DNA from: Kudoa neothunni
Taxonomy: Eukaryota > Animalia > Cnidaria
Length of the DNA stretch: 64,000 bases
NCBI GenBank assembly: GCA_964304625.1
Contig: OZ199840.1
Span: 5,197,200-5,261,199 of the forward strand
Direction of reading: 5' to 3'
Both the position numbers and the translations under genes were made by a program. This document shows positions 28,301 through 41,742 of this stretch, piece by piece. Within the stretch, counting starts at the first letter, position 1. The number at the start of each line of letters is the position of its first letter. The notes beneath the pieces were generated by a model. That model saw only the letters and a program-made list of their open reading frames with translations, was not told the DNA's origin and did not search any database.

Positions 28301-31300
28301 AAAGAGGTTAATCAATCGTATAATATGGTGGAATAAACAGGACATTCACACACACAAAATTAAGCGGATTACACATTATCCAGAATGAAAAGTGAAAAGT
28401 GAAATAAATGGCTATTCAATGGGGAATCAGGTCAAAGAATGAAATAAGCAGGACACTTGATAAGTTAACAAAGAAACTACTTAAACACTATAAGATGTAC
28501 CCCCAATTTGGTATTAATTGAAAAGGAGAAAACAAAAGAGATTTACCGGGATGTTGGTTGAAAATAAATAAAGAACAACTCACTTGTTAATGATTTTCAT
28601 GGTAGCGGCTAAGGTCGACCTTTTCCGATTAACGTACTAACTGTAAATATTTCCCGAGTGAATGAATATTTGTGAATATTTCATCATTATTATGAATAAT
28701 TTGTTATAACACAATAAATATTATTTGGCCGACTGTTCAATTTGACACCTAAGATCAAATGTTGTGGCTAATCTTTGGAAAACATACATTAGCTTTTAGG
28801 TTTCAACATAAAAATTATTTTATTAATAATTTTTAGATAAAAATTTTAATTTTGACTATTTTTCTTAATCGATAAAAAATAGTCGTATAATCCACAACAT
28901 TATACAGACAATCAATTTAATATAATTCAGTAATTTAATTTTTAAATCCTATTTAATAACGCTTATTTATTAATCATTCTCCATTGGTGGATCATATTTT
29001 CCGCCTTCTTATTGTCGTATACTTAAAGTAATTGTTATGGAATAATATATGAAATTATTATTTGTGTATATTTTATTTTTTAAATCAATCGTTATTTATT
29101 AGAAAAACTCATAGATAAACATTATTTCACACCAAGTGTAATTTTTATTATAATATGTAGTTATGTTTAGTCTAATTTTTGATTGATTCTGTACATATGA
29201 CAAATGGAGTGTATGCCGCCTCAAATATGGAATTAACGTCGTGCTCATGATAAACTGGGACTTCATTAATTTTTAACCGATCTTCATCCAATATATGCAT
29301 CGGTATAATTCATGAATATTTCCTCCTGGAATAATATTTGACTATTTTTTAATTAAATGCAGTTTTTGTCAATACCGAGGGGATGCAAGGAGGCACGTAG
29401 GTGAATGTAACGATAATCCACCTTAATATTTGATTCACGCATTTTCCTTAAGTATTCAATGTGTGTGAGCTAGAAAATAAACAGAATTTGCTCGTGTTCT
29501 AAAATTTTATTCTCAATTATCCACAGATGACCAATAGTACAGAATATAAAACTACAAAATATAAAATATTACCCAGGTTAATGCCTTATAAAAAATAGAA
29601 TTGTAGAGAGGATTATCATAAATGTGATTCGTGTGGGTTGAATCTATCGGCGCTTATTGTTATTAAACAAATCACTTACACAATCTCTAGATTCATGATG
29701 AAAATTTATGTTCAATTTTTATTTTTAGCATACTAGAAACGATATTCTACAAATTAGATACAATAAATATTTATTTATGCATTGATTAATTAATAATGGT
29801 AATGTTTTAGTGTTAAGGATTGATCCAGTTCCGAAAATGGTTTTTTGTTTAAAATGTTGTTTATTTTCTAATCCCAATTTCTTTGACGTAATAGACTGAA
29901 ATTTTATATAAACCCCCCTAATCTCCAAATAATAAAACACATTATGTAAGAAGTATATATACAGGAAAAACTAAACTAATTCGGTTTGATAACTAACATT
30001 TTATAACGAAACTATAAATCCGGCCCACAAATCTTTTATATTTTTCCAAAGCAACTCATTGATACCAACCATACTGACTGACTGTACCATCATCATTATT
30101 GACGATGTCCTATTTTTAGGCGAGATTTTGCACTTGATTTCGCCCCATGTCCCTTCAGTTGGTTGTTGTTGTCGTTTCCAATCATCGCCTTGTTGGCTTT
30201 AATCAAATGAATGTTGGCACCCAACTAATTATTTAATTAAACCAAAATTCATTATGATGCACGATTAAACAAATATTTACAATTGCATTGTTTATGTTCA
30301 GAGCATTATTGGTGCTAACATCGATGACAACAGCATCATTATTTGGAAGAGTCAGGTTGATATGTTCACTTCATATCCTGGTACAAAAGTTTCTTTGTTT
30401 ATTATTTGATGTGGTGTTGAATGGATAATATGAAGGTATTTTTATATATTTGTTATGTAGCAGAAACAAAGTTAAATGGTGGGAGATTGGTGTTATTTTC
30501 ATCGATTATTGCTTAATTCGATTTGGTAACAATTACACAGACAACAAGACAATACCGATTCCGTTGTTAAACACGGCATCAATGATGTTTGATCTGTCTT
30601 GGTTGTCTTATAAGAACAATTAGTTGTATGAAGATGTATATGCATTAAGCTACTTGAGTTGTTTGTAGTACGGTGGTCGCTCTCGGTTACCTAAGTGTGC
30701 ACCATTAAGGTATCAATGTAGAGGAATAATGGCTTCATTTTAAAGTTATCTGATGTTATGGTGCTATATTCTTGATCTAATATTAATTTTCGATGTTCCA
30801 TAGATTTGAAACTATTCTAACAGAGAAATAGTCCTCCGCCAGCTTTGTAGACGACAGGATCTATACCCGGAATTTTTAAAATTTCATTTAGGATGAGAAA
30901 GTTATGTAACAGTTTCACATTGGTACTCATTATATGTTGAAAGGAGTCATCTAAAAAATATATTTGATATTTGTGGAACGCGAGTTTGTATAACATTACT
31001 TGTGTCGTTCTTTTTCTCCACTCCTTCCAATATGTGTAATGTCAACGTGATAAAATCAATTTTCTAGACAATACGAGAAACAATGCGGTGATTTTAATGC
31101 CAATGTTGACGTAAGGAATCAACTGTTTATCTCCGCAAATATGTTCGGATATGTTTGAGAGTTCCAATAATTGTTTTGAGCGTATGTGGCTCCGCCTTTT
31201 TTTAACACTGTTACTTTGCTCGACATTCTAACCATAAATACAACAGTGTTAGTAATCGTGCTAGAAAAGCTGTGACGTTTATAATTATAAAAGTATAAAC

Positions 31301-31526
31301 TGTACTATATTACTATTACTAACTACTAACTCAACTCATTATTTCGATTTTCATATCGACCTCGCACGAAATTTCGGTTTATAGACCACTATCCCTCTAT
31401 ATTATTATATAAAGTGATATCGAATGACACGCAATAACGCCGAAGTATAAGAAGTAATATCATGAGTTTTAAAATTTTTATTCCGAATATGTATACCTTA
31501 TTAATAACAAGAATAATTATGACATA

Positions 31527-32518
31527 CATGGACTGATCATAAAGTATCGAGACTTTTTAAATAATAAAATATATACACAAATATAATGAATATTTTTTAA
31601 CCTCCCTTAAAATACTCTCCGCTCGCATCAATACATTTTTTCTAGTGTTGTTTCCACTGAAGGAAACATTCTTAAAAATCATTTTTCTCAGTGTCTTAAG
31701 CTACACCATCGCATTCTGTTTTATTTCCTCATTGTAGTGGAATCTCCCTCCTTTAAGTTGGAATTTAATTTTTGGGAACAGAAAGAAGTCGCATGAAGCA
31801 AGATCTTGAATTTTTAATGACTTGTGTGAGGGGGCATTATCGTGACGCACTATCCAACGTCCAAAGGAATGCTTGTGGGGTCGTTTACGACGAATAGCAT
31901 CCCCTAAGTTCCGCAAAACTCTGAGGTAATACTCACTAGTAACTTTACAAGCTTCGGGTGCGTATTCATAATAAATTATCCTCTGGATATCAAAAAATAC
32001 TGTGAGGAATATTTCGATTTTATTCCGAACTTGGCGAGCTTTCTTTGGTCTGGGCGACGATGGTGTTTTCCAAATAGAAGAATGAACTTGTTTCGGGATC
32101 ATCACAATTGCGATAAAATTCATAAAGTCATCGTCTGTTGACGAGCGTTGAAGTAGACTTTAAAGTTATTCCAATATCATTAGATATTTCCCTAATAGTA
32201 AGTCTACGTTCAGGTTCGATTATGTCACTCAAAGACTCTACTCCTAGTCATGGAATTGTCTAAAAATGCTTTTGGAATCATTTCATAAGTTTCCATACTA
32301 TTTATCCTTAATTTTAAGCAGAATTTAATATAAATTCTCTGCTATTGGTTTTCTGACATTCTCGTGAGCGACGCCTGCCATATTTTATTATTCATTTGTT
32401 AAACAATTTCCGCAAAAATATGCTAATACATATTTTTAATAACATTCTATTTATCTTAATTACATCTGTCATACGAGGAGATATTTAAAAATTCTCGATA
32501 CTTTTTGAACATCCCATG
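31527..32518 (-). mobile_element. Internally deleted mariner element, 992 bp
   Basis: TIRs CATGGACTGATCATAAAGTATCGAGACTTTTTAAATA and CATGGGATGTTCAAAAAGTATCGAGAATTTTTAAATA with TA flanks. ORF 31701-32123 has WKTPSSPRPKKARQ, VFFD, HDNAPSH and DLASCDFFLFPKIK; the segment carrying PYSP is deleted. Confidence 0.93.
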
Positions 32519-34559
32519 TATATACAAATAATGACCCATTTGAGAAATATCAAAGTGCTACAAACTGAAAATGAACCAAATAAATATTCCAAAATAAAAT
32601 AATTTTGTTTGTGTTTATGTAATCTTTAAACAAAACCTTGTTATAATGAAAGCGCCCACTTATTATAATTTTTGGGGATATATTGGTCGGATTATATCGA
32701 TATTACCAAGTGGACACCTCAAAGCACGTTGTTTTTGTAAACTGTGAGACACCTTATATTATTAATATGGAATGTTATCGAATGATATGCCACAATGTCA
32801 CAGTTCCACAAACAATAAGAAATGCTAATTGTGCGATATTATTATACATAAAAGTATAATTTTAATAATATTATTAATAAATATCTAAGACAAAATTATT
32901 AGCTACAACATACAAATGCTTATAATTATAAAAGAACAAATATGACTAATGGACAAAAATTACAACATTATTTTGTTAATTTTTCAGCATAATATTTTAA
33001 CATTGACATTAAATTAAATGAGCATCACTCATTATAATTTTCTTGGGAAATGTAGGTCGGATGAAACATCAAAAATATTAACCGAAAATGAAATATTTTT
33101 CATTACAGTTAATATTCTTACGAATAGAATTAAACAGCCTAGTATGTCTTAAATCAAGGGTTCATAAGATTTGATAACCGATTAAACAAGTATTGTCTTC
33201 TGGCAATAACCGTATATGCACATGCACAATTCGGCAGACCGGAAATAAAAAAATTTCGCTTTACTTGTGAGACCAATGTTCCATAACTAAACAATTTTAT
33301 ATTTCTAAATAATGATAAGGTCACATATTAGAAAATTACCAAATTCTCCGTATTACAAAAGTAAATTGTTATTTTTAAGTCACCATAAACCCTCGTGGGA
33401 TCAACTGGGGTCATTTGAGACCCCAATTTCGGTAGATTGACTTTTTTCGCATATCGAATTAAGCGGGATGGCTTAAAGATTCTGTATTCCTTAATAATAG
33501 TCTGTTATTGATAATTATAATGTTATGAAGAAAATAGTGTACAGTAGCACAGGGTTATTGCGCTTTTTTAAAATTAATGTCTAAAATTCAAAATATACAA
33601 TGTAGCTATAGATATAAATCATGAGCTAAGTGTAAAATATATCGATAAATATAACTATAAAATTGGGAGATAATTTTTTGGTCGGGAAAAATAGGAGTGC
33701 ATGGTTATTGCGCGCACCAGAAATCTGTTGTTTGATTACATTGGCATGGTTAGTACGCAGTAGGAAAATAGGAAAAATTATGTCTTACTTTAAGAAAGCA
33801 TGTTGATTAATAAATAATTGGAAAAATTAGGAATTAAGAATGGCTCGAAAGTGAACATCATTAGGCGCTCCAGCCTTAAATCAGTCATCACGTTGAAAAC
33901 AATTGTGTCAATAGAATCAAAAATATTGGCAGACTTTATTTCAAGTGATTTAAGATTTTATCCCAAAACCCTTATAAAAAAATTCAAACCACTCCATATA
34001 AGAATGAAAGAATGGATCGAACATTCGAGGACGAGAAATAACAAATTTCTTGTTGAACAAATAATTCCACCTTAAATTACCTTATTTATTTTCAAAATAC
34101 TCCGTGAACAATAAAAAAAATTATTACGAAAAATTTTTACATCTCTATTAGAGTTATAATTAGTACAAGGAGAGAATAAATAAAAAAAGCAGAAAAAGTG
34201 GTCGTGCATCCACTAAATTTTCTCCTATGTGCCCAGGCGCTAAAGCAGGATATTAACCCTTACGGGAACAACCGATTTGAAAAACCGTGTGTGCCCAAGA
34301 GAAATCTCGCGAGACCCCATTAAAAATAGAACTTAAACTTAGTTAAATTACATCAAACTCGTATACTAAAAAGCAAACATTTTTATTTATAAATATGAAA
34401 AAAGATTGGATTGCAAATTATAAGACCATATATATCTAAAAAATGCAGTAAACAATGTAATATATGTTTAATTATATATTACTAAATTCCTATATGCGTT
34501 GCTTCATTTATTTTGTATAGTTGACTCATGTTAAGAGTGTTTCTTTAAAAATTAATTGT

Positions 34560-35600
34560 TAAAAGATTTTTTTTTGGCAGATATCAAATGCAATGAAGGT
34601 TGAAGATTTATTGTATTGTCGATATAAAAATTCCATGATAAACTGATTATAACTTTCTTTATAATTCAAATAAATTAACCAAAAAAATATATAAACTACA
34701 AAAAGAAATATTTTAATATATTTTCTTTTAAAAGGTTCATAGTCGGTATACCAATTATGATAGAGAAGATAATTTATAACAAATGTAAAAGTTCATATGT
34801 GCACAATAAAGTATGTGTTCACTGGTTATTGGAAACGTAACGAAGATTTCACGCGTACCGATGATGTTGTATTAGGGATTTACACCAAAATTAGATGTTA
34901 CCATAATTAACTGAATATTTCCTTTCGGTATTCTTTTATTTTATTATGATCATTCGTGAAAGAATCGGCGACACTTAATTTCAATAAAATCAAAATAAAA
35001 TTTAAAATATCTTCCGGCTCTCTTTTTGAGCTAATTTCATTCAATAATGATAAAGTTTGTTATATTGTTCAATATGCATTGAATAGATTGTCTTGAAGAA
35101 TCTGTTAATAAAGTCGCTCAGCGTTGAATGCCTTTTGATAGTGCTTTTTAATTTTGAATTTATAACTTCCGGTCTATTATTTGAAGTGTTTCCATAAATA
35201 TTGTTTTCATTTATCAGAAAATTAATCCATTCCTTATAAAATTGTGGTCAGTGAACTTTAGAATACTTGGCCAGTTGTCCATTATTGAAGTCGATCAACT
35301 TAAAAAGATGATACGAATCAATTATAAAATAAAGTTAAATAAACTATGTTCTAAGTAATTTAAATATTTTACTTCTTATATCCTATAATATATTGTATTC
35401 GGCTAGAGCAGTGTTCTTCAGTTAGAGTTGGACCCACATCCCCTCTTCCTACAATAAAGCGCTTCCGTCTCAAGATTTCTCAATAATTACTCTCTATTGT
35501 GGTCGAATCTCCGACCTCTTCATAGACACCAATTGGCGTAGAGTATAATCCTTAAATCAAGAATAATACTTTAGTTGTTCTCAAAAAAATTTTTACATGG
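34560..35600 (-). pseudogene. Second decayed MULE transposase (C-terminal part)
   Basis: Minus-strand frame at ~35040-35195 reads LQNNRPEVINSKLKSTIKRHSTLSDFINRFF, matching the MULE motif TNNxxESxNxxLK. Confidence 0.6.
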
Positions 35601-37901
35601 TCGCTTGTTACACATATCTATAGGAACTTCAAATTTATTACAATAGTAGGGTTTGACCTTTGGGTTGAGAATTTTTAAAATCGAATCAAGAAACATGCCA
35701 CTTTATTACTTAATAATTGCAATATCTTTACCTAATTATCTATTTCCAATATAATTCGATCAATATAAATCTTTCTAACTCAAAATCATAAATTATTATA
35801 TATATATATATATATATTTTATATTTAATTTAATAAATATTTATTTTTATTTTGCCTAATCCATATTTGTTGCCACTGATTTTAATGCATTATCATAAGT
35901 TTTGGATACTCATTAATCAAATTTTGACATCATTTAAAAAGCAACATATTACATTAATCGTCTCAATCGAAATAAATCAATAATTTTTGTTATTTTATAG
36001 CTCCTAAAATGCACAAATTATTTATAACAATCTCTAAAAATAGTAGGTGGCCTGATACATATTGGGATAAATCAAATTGAACAATTATTTCTATCAAATG
36101 TGAACTGAGTTCAAATCAATTTACATGCCTTCAGTCATTGATCCAATTTTACGCATTTAACAAAAATAGAATTGGAACGTTGTAATGTATAATAGATATA
36201 TATATATAGTATTTTTTTGATATATTTATTAAAGTATTTAAATCTAAATAATGTACAAATGATTAATATTTTGACAATATTTCCCACGTGACTTGGTTTG
36301 ATTTTGCATTTATTCTAGTATATTTGTAGAGAAAGGGATTAATTTAATTTTCTGTTATAACAAAATAATTAACAAAAACATAATACAATAAAATACTTGT
36401 GCAGTATCACCAAAGAAATATCAAATCTGGTATTCTGACACTAAATATATACTCCAAATCCAGCCGTATTGACATCATAAGAATTGAAATTAAATTCTTA
36501 AAAATAACAGAGAAAGTAGCATTTACCTGTCATACTTTGTTATTTTATTAATGTGGATTAAATAATATATAAATTTTTAATAAAAATGATCGGTTGAAAA
36601 CATAATCACGCTCACGACGATGGTAAAAATTTATTTGAAATTATTCCAACAAATTTTACCTGAATTAAAAAAATAAATTATTTGAATTGTAGGTAATGAT
36701 GATTTTGAAAAATTCTAGTAAATTAGATAGCAATGCAATTAATAAATGCACGCATCAGGAAATGTATTAAATCGAATGGTACCGATTTTACAAACTTTTC
36801 CCGTAAACCTAAACAGAATGCACAAAACCACTTTTTTTATCATATTATAGAATTCATACTAGATAGTAGATATTTTATGTTAAAATAATCATAATAAATA
36901 ATTGTATTAAAATTTTATTATAGTAAATTAAGTGTCTAAATTGCAAACAAAAATTCTTAATATTCAATCAAGAACAATAGGTTGGTTCTATTTTATCATT
37001 TAACTAACCTATAATATATGCTTGGGCGAATTTTTAGTTCAAAAACAATTTTGCTACCGAAATAAATTATCATAACACCTTATTAGCTTAATCCTACAAT
37101 GGATAAACGGAGATTAATTTTAAATTCGGTCGTGGGGATTATTTATCCTTTTAACTTTTATTATGGTTAATCCTGTTCCACATATTTAAATTAATGTCTC
37201 TCCACTAGTATATGATGAATAAAACTCTATCATAAATATTTAATTAATATTTATAGCTGATTTAAGAAATAAATTTGAATTATTTTTTATCAACTCGAAA
37301 AGTTTTACTATGTAAAATTTTCCAAAAAATAATAATTTTTGTAATTTATAATGGAGAAAATACTTGAAAATAAGCCTTGAATTTTTAAAAATATTTATTC
37401 ATAATTTTAATCACGTTGCCAACATTCAATATACACATTCGTTATTAATTAAAATAATTAAAAGTATATTATGGTAATTGTTATCTTACTTAACCGGTTA
37501 ATGATTACTCGGAAAACATTCATTTGATAAGAATATTTTTCGAATCTGGTTTAAATATAAATATAGGAAAAAATAACTTTCACAATTGTCCACCAGCCAA
37601 TATTTACACACACACACACACACACAACTTCAACACTACGAATAGTCAAGCTATTATTAATTCTCATCTATTATTATTTTCACCTCAGAATATAAGTAAA
37701 ATTTAATCAACAAAAATATTTTAATTGAATAATCTAAGAACATTTACACAAGTATATGATGGTATAAATAAAAAATCGTATGACCTGTTATCTACACAAG
37801 CGTCAATTAAACAAGCCATTATAATTAAATGATAATAATCGGATTTGTTTTAAAACTAATAATTATTAAGTTGGTTGTGAGTCACACTTATACTACACTA
37901 G

Positions 37902-38733
37902 ATGATACAGAGTGTATTATTCTTATTGTTATTGTTACCATATACAAGTAGAAAAATCTTTATGTAACTAATATCGTAGGATTTAATTGTAGATTGTGTA
38001 GAAGCCCTTATTTGCTATGAACCTGATGGCGAAACCGTTTTATATCCTGGAGTTTATGTACCAGATGTAAATGCGCCTTGTCGAATGTGTCCGTGTGGAC
38101 TTTCAGAACCAATGTTCGATTCACATTGTTATAATGTATCGTGTTATAATCGTAGACGTCGTCAAAGCAATTATTCTATAAAACACTGTTGTATAGCACA
38201 TACGATGACGAGTAAATATTTTGTATCGATTGCTGCAAATTTTCCTCGCATTCTTACTTAACATTTAATTAAGGCGGTGCGTCAGAAATGAGTTCTTACA
38301 AAAGTCTCAGTGCTACGGCTGATACGGAAGAAAGTGATTCCAGGACGTTTTATATTACAATTCTTGTAATTATTGGGGTGCTCTTGTTTATCTCTTTGCT
38401 TTGTTATGAATATATGTGTAGAAAAGATGGGTCAAATTCAAACGGTAATCCACATTCACATAATATTATCGAAATATTCTAATTAAAGTGTTGAAATTTA
38501 TTATTTTTTATAATGAAATCGTAGAATCTCCAGATATACAAATGCCGTCGCAGAACGCTAACGTTTTCGAATTAAGGCGACTGTCTCCTAATGATTTATC
38601 CTATGAGCCAAAACCTCCTCCATATACTGATTCTGATGAAATCCAAGAACCAAGTATTCGTGACCCTCTAAATATCGCAAACAGATTGGATGGATCCAAC
38701 AGAAAGCCTCCGCCTAAATATCAAGCTGTTTAA
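37902..38733 (+). CDS. Small type-I membrane protein: signal peptide, VWC-like domain, TM, two PPxY motifs (DGCR2/IDD-like)
   Basis: Four exons splice in frame: MIQSVLFLLLLLPYT|NCVEALICYEPDGETVLYPGVYVPDVNAPCRMCPCGLSEPMFDSHCYNVSCYNRRRRQSNYSIKHCC..|..TFYITILVIIGVLLFISLLCY..|..PKPPPY..KPPPKYQAV*. Confidence 0.8.
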
Positions 38734-39944
38734 ATCTCTTGTCTCATTCATTTTGTTGTTGACGTTTTAATGTAATTATGAAATTGAAATCGTATTGTCA
38801 TTTTATTTTTTTGAAAAATATCTTCTTTTTAATTTAATAATAATATTGTAAAATTTTTATGTTTATATGTTAATTTCGATAATTTATGATAATTAGTGCA
38901 AATATTTTATGTTTGTTTATTAGCACGAGATCTCAGCTTTGACGCGTAGTGAGTGATACAATTCTTTGTTTAATTTCATTTAAATTTAAAATGAATTAAA
39001 GAAGAGATTGCATCTCCCTGATGTTCTGTTTAAAGATTTATTCAAAAATAATTTAGAACTATTCAAGTGGTTATATTTATCAAGAAACCTATTGAAAATA
39101 ATCTTCATAAGTTAAAATTAGATTTCACATAAAACATGTACACATAATTATTTAAAGTAATGCGAATAATTTAAAGCATTGTAGTAATATATTTTGTATA
39201 AAGTTTTGTGTTAATTTTTATTTATACATTTGAAATTTTATAAAATTAATTTAAAATAGTTATGCAGAGATAATTGTTGTATATTATCTAATAAGAATGT
39301 TTATTATCATTATTTATAATTAACAGAAGTATACTTACTTCAGTAAAAAAATATATATACTAAAAATCAATCTTTTATATCTAAATATAAAAGCATCAGC
39401 TTCTTATATTCGTAGATATGGAATATTATTGAAAATGGGAAGTTGACGCATGCACAAAAAATTGATCGATTTAGGCACATTGATTGTATCAAGCCTTTGT
39501 TGGCAAATCGGATAAAAATTAAATTTTTAAATTTTATTTGAATATGGATTGAAATTTTTACATGGCTAAGACTTAAGACACATATAAATAGGATTTTAAA
39601 TTAATTTTCATTGTATTCTGTTATTTATTTGATGATACTGGCTGATAAACTATTTTTTGAGTATTTTAACTTTTTTGATTGTTATAAATAACCACTTTAC
39701 ACGATATATTATCTGAGGATAGCTAACGAATGAATGTGCCAGAAAAAGATTAAAAAATCCGGTTCATGTGGGTCGATATGGACTACGAGAGATAAATTTT
39801 ATAAAGAATTGACATTTTATCACTATTTTTTAACGGATTTTTCAGTAAATAGCAGATAATTAAAATTTATTAAAATATTCATCTAACTAAATTGGGTTCT
39901 AGTATACCTCAAGTTCTTTAGAAGGTTAAATGATTTATCCTTAA

Positions 39945-41332
39945 CCCACTAAGAAGGCCCGAGTTGACTAAACAACTGACTTAAATGGGACCGAAAACGA
40001 CCCCAATGCAAAATTCCATATAATCAACAAATTTCAATAACAATAATGTTTTAATTAATTAACGTTTATTTTGTGTTAGAATATACAAATTAATATGACT
40101 AATGACTGACTAATTGCTAGGTTATTTTCTCTAATGAAAAGTTTTGTTCAATCATTTCTGTCTAAATCGTTGTTAAGTTTCTGAAATGCAATATTATATT
40201 TAAAAAATGTTATATAAAACATAATAAATTTACAGTGATTGAAATTTTAATAAAAATCTATTCATTCACTTTATAAATGATATATGGATTACTATCCCTA
40301 TATGTATTCTTGTTCTTGACTCAGATTGCGTTTTTATAAAATTTTGTATTTGTTTGTTCTAAGTGAAATTATTCGGAAACTATTCATTCTATTTAAACAC
40401 ATCGTCTACCCCTAGACGAATATTATTTTAATGTTTCAAAATTTGCACATAACATTTTCATAGAAATCGAAATAATTAATAAATAGATTCTGTTATATAG
40501 TGTTACTGGCGCGTCGTAGACAAGCATTGATAATACATGTGTTGTAGGGCAAAAAATTTATCTTCACTCCGTTCCTCTCTAGCATCAAAATCGCCAAAAT
40601 AAAGTGAACGTTTGATTTTGGTCTATTCCTTGAATAGCATAATTCGGCTACAAATTTTAACGATTCGTATCAAGATTCCAAAGTATTTTTAGAGATTTAG
40701 CCTTTTATTAAAAAATAGGTATGTTCAAGATTCATTCAAATCGACATCATCATAAGAAGAATCATGGTGACAACGAAAAAATTTATCTACATACCGGTAA
40801 ATGTGTATAACAGTTTTTCAGTGAAGAATAAGTTGAAACAACCTTGAGACTTTTTATTCTTGACGAGCGTATGCAGTTACACAAGGAAGTGAATTTAAAA
40901 TGTTTTCTTTTTATATCTTGATTTTTCAATAATGGATTTCACATATGTTATTTGTAAATAAAATAGTTTGTTGATATAGATTCAAAATCACTAGAATCGG
41001 ATGGTAATGATCGCTTTTAGGTAAGTCTTCAATTTCATATATGATGGAAGAGCTTTCATTGTAATTATCTTAGCTAGGCATTGCGATCTAGAACTCAAAA
41101 TTGTCACAAGAATTTGTCAGTATTTTCACATGCAAATGAATTAAATTATTCGGTTATTTCTCTTCACAATTAACTATATCCCAAATAAACTTCTATTAGA
41201 AAAATTAGTACTTAATTCCGTAAAAATCGATCATTAAGAAAGCATATGACAGATATCTAATAAATGAAAGTAAAACAGGAGAGAGAAAATAACTGAATAA
41301 ACCTCGATTGGGGTCCAATTATACTTAGAGGT
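39945..41332 (-). mobile_element. Decayed piggyBac-like element
   Basis: Left end TTAA-CCCACTAAGAAGG...GGGACCGAAAACGACCCC; right end GGGGTCCAATTATACTTAGAGG-TTAA; residual YVDKFF (DNFY-like) on the minus strand near 40790. Confidence 0.5.
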
Positions 41333-41742
41333 TAAAAATTTAAACAAATGATCGAGAACACCGCGTTAGAAGGTTAGATTTATCTTTAATGCTACTTAAC
41401 TCATTACTTCGACGAAATTACAAGTTATATCTAAACAGAATTTATTATTTTTAATAACACACTAAAATTTCAAGAGTCAAATAATTATGACCAATATATA
41501 AGATATTTTTTGGACTTTAAATTAATAAAAACTCGATTCATAGATAATTAAATATTATTTTTGTTAAAAAATATAACTAGAGAAATATTTCTCACTTACT
41601 CTCGAAAATGTTTTAAACTAATTCTAGGAAACTGGTCCGCTATAAAAACACTGGTATAAATAATATAGGTAACAAAACCAAACCTAAATGAATGAAGATC
41701 GATTTGTGATTATTAAACAGATAGAAAACAACGAGCAGATGG

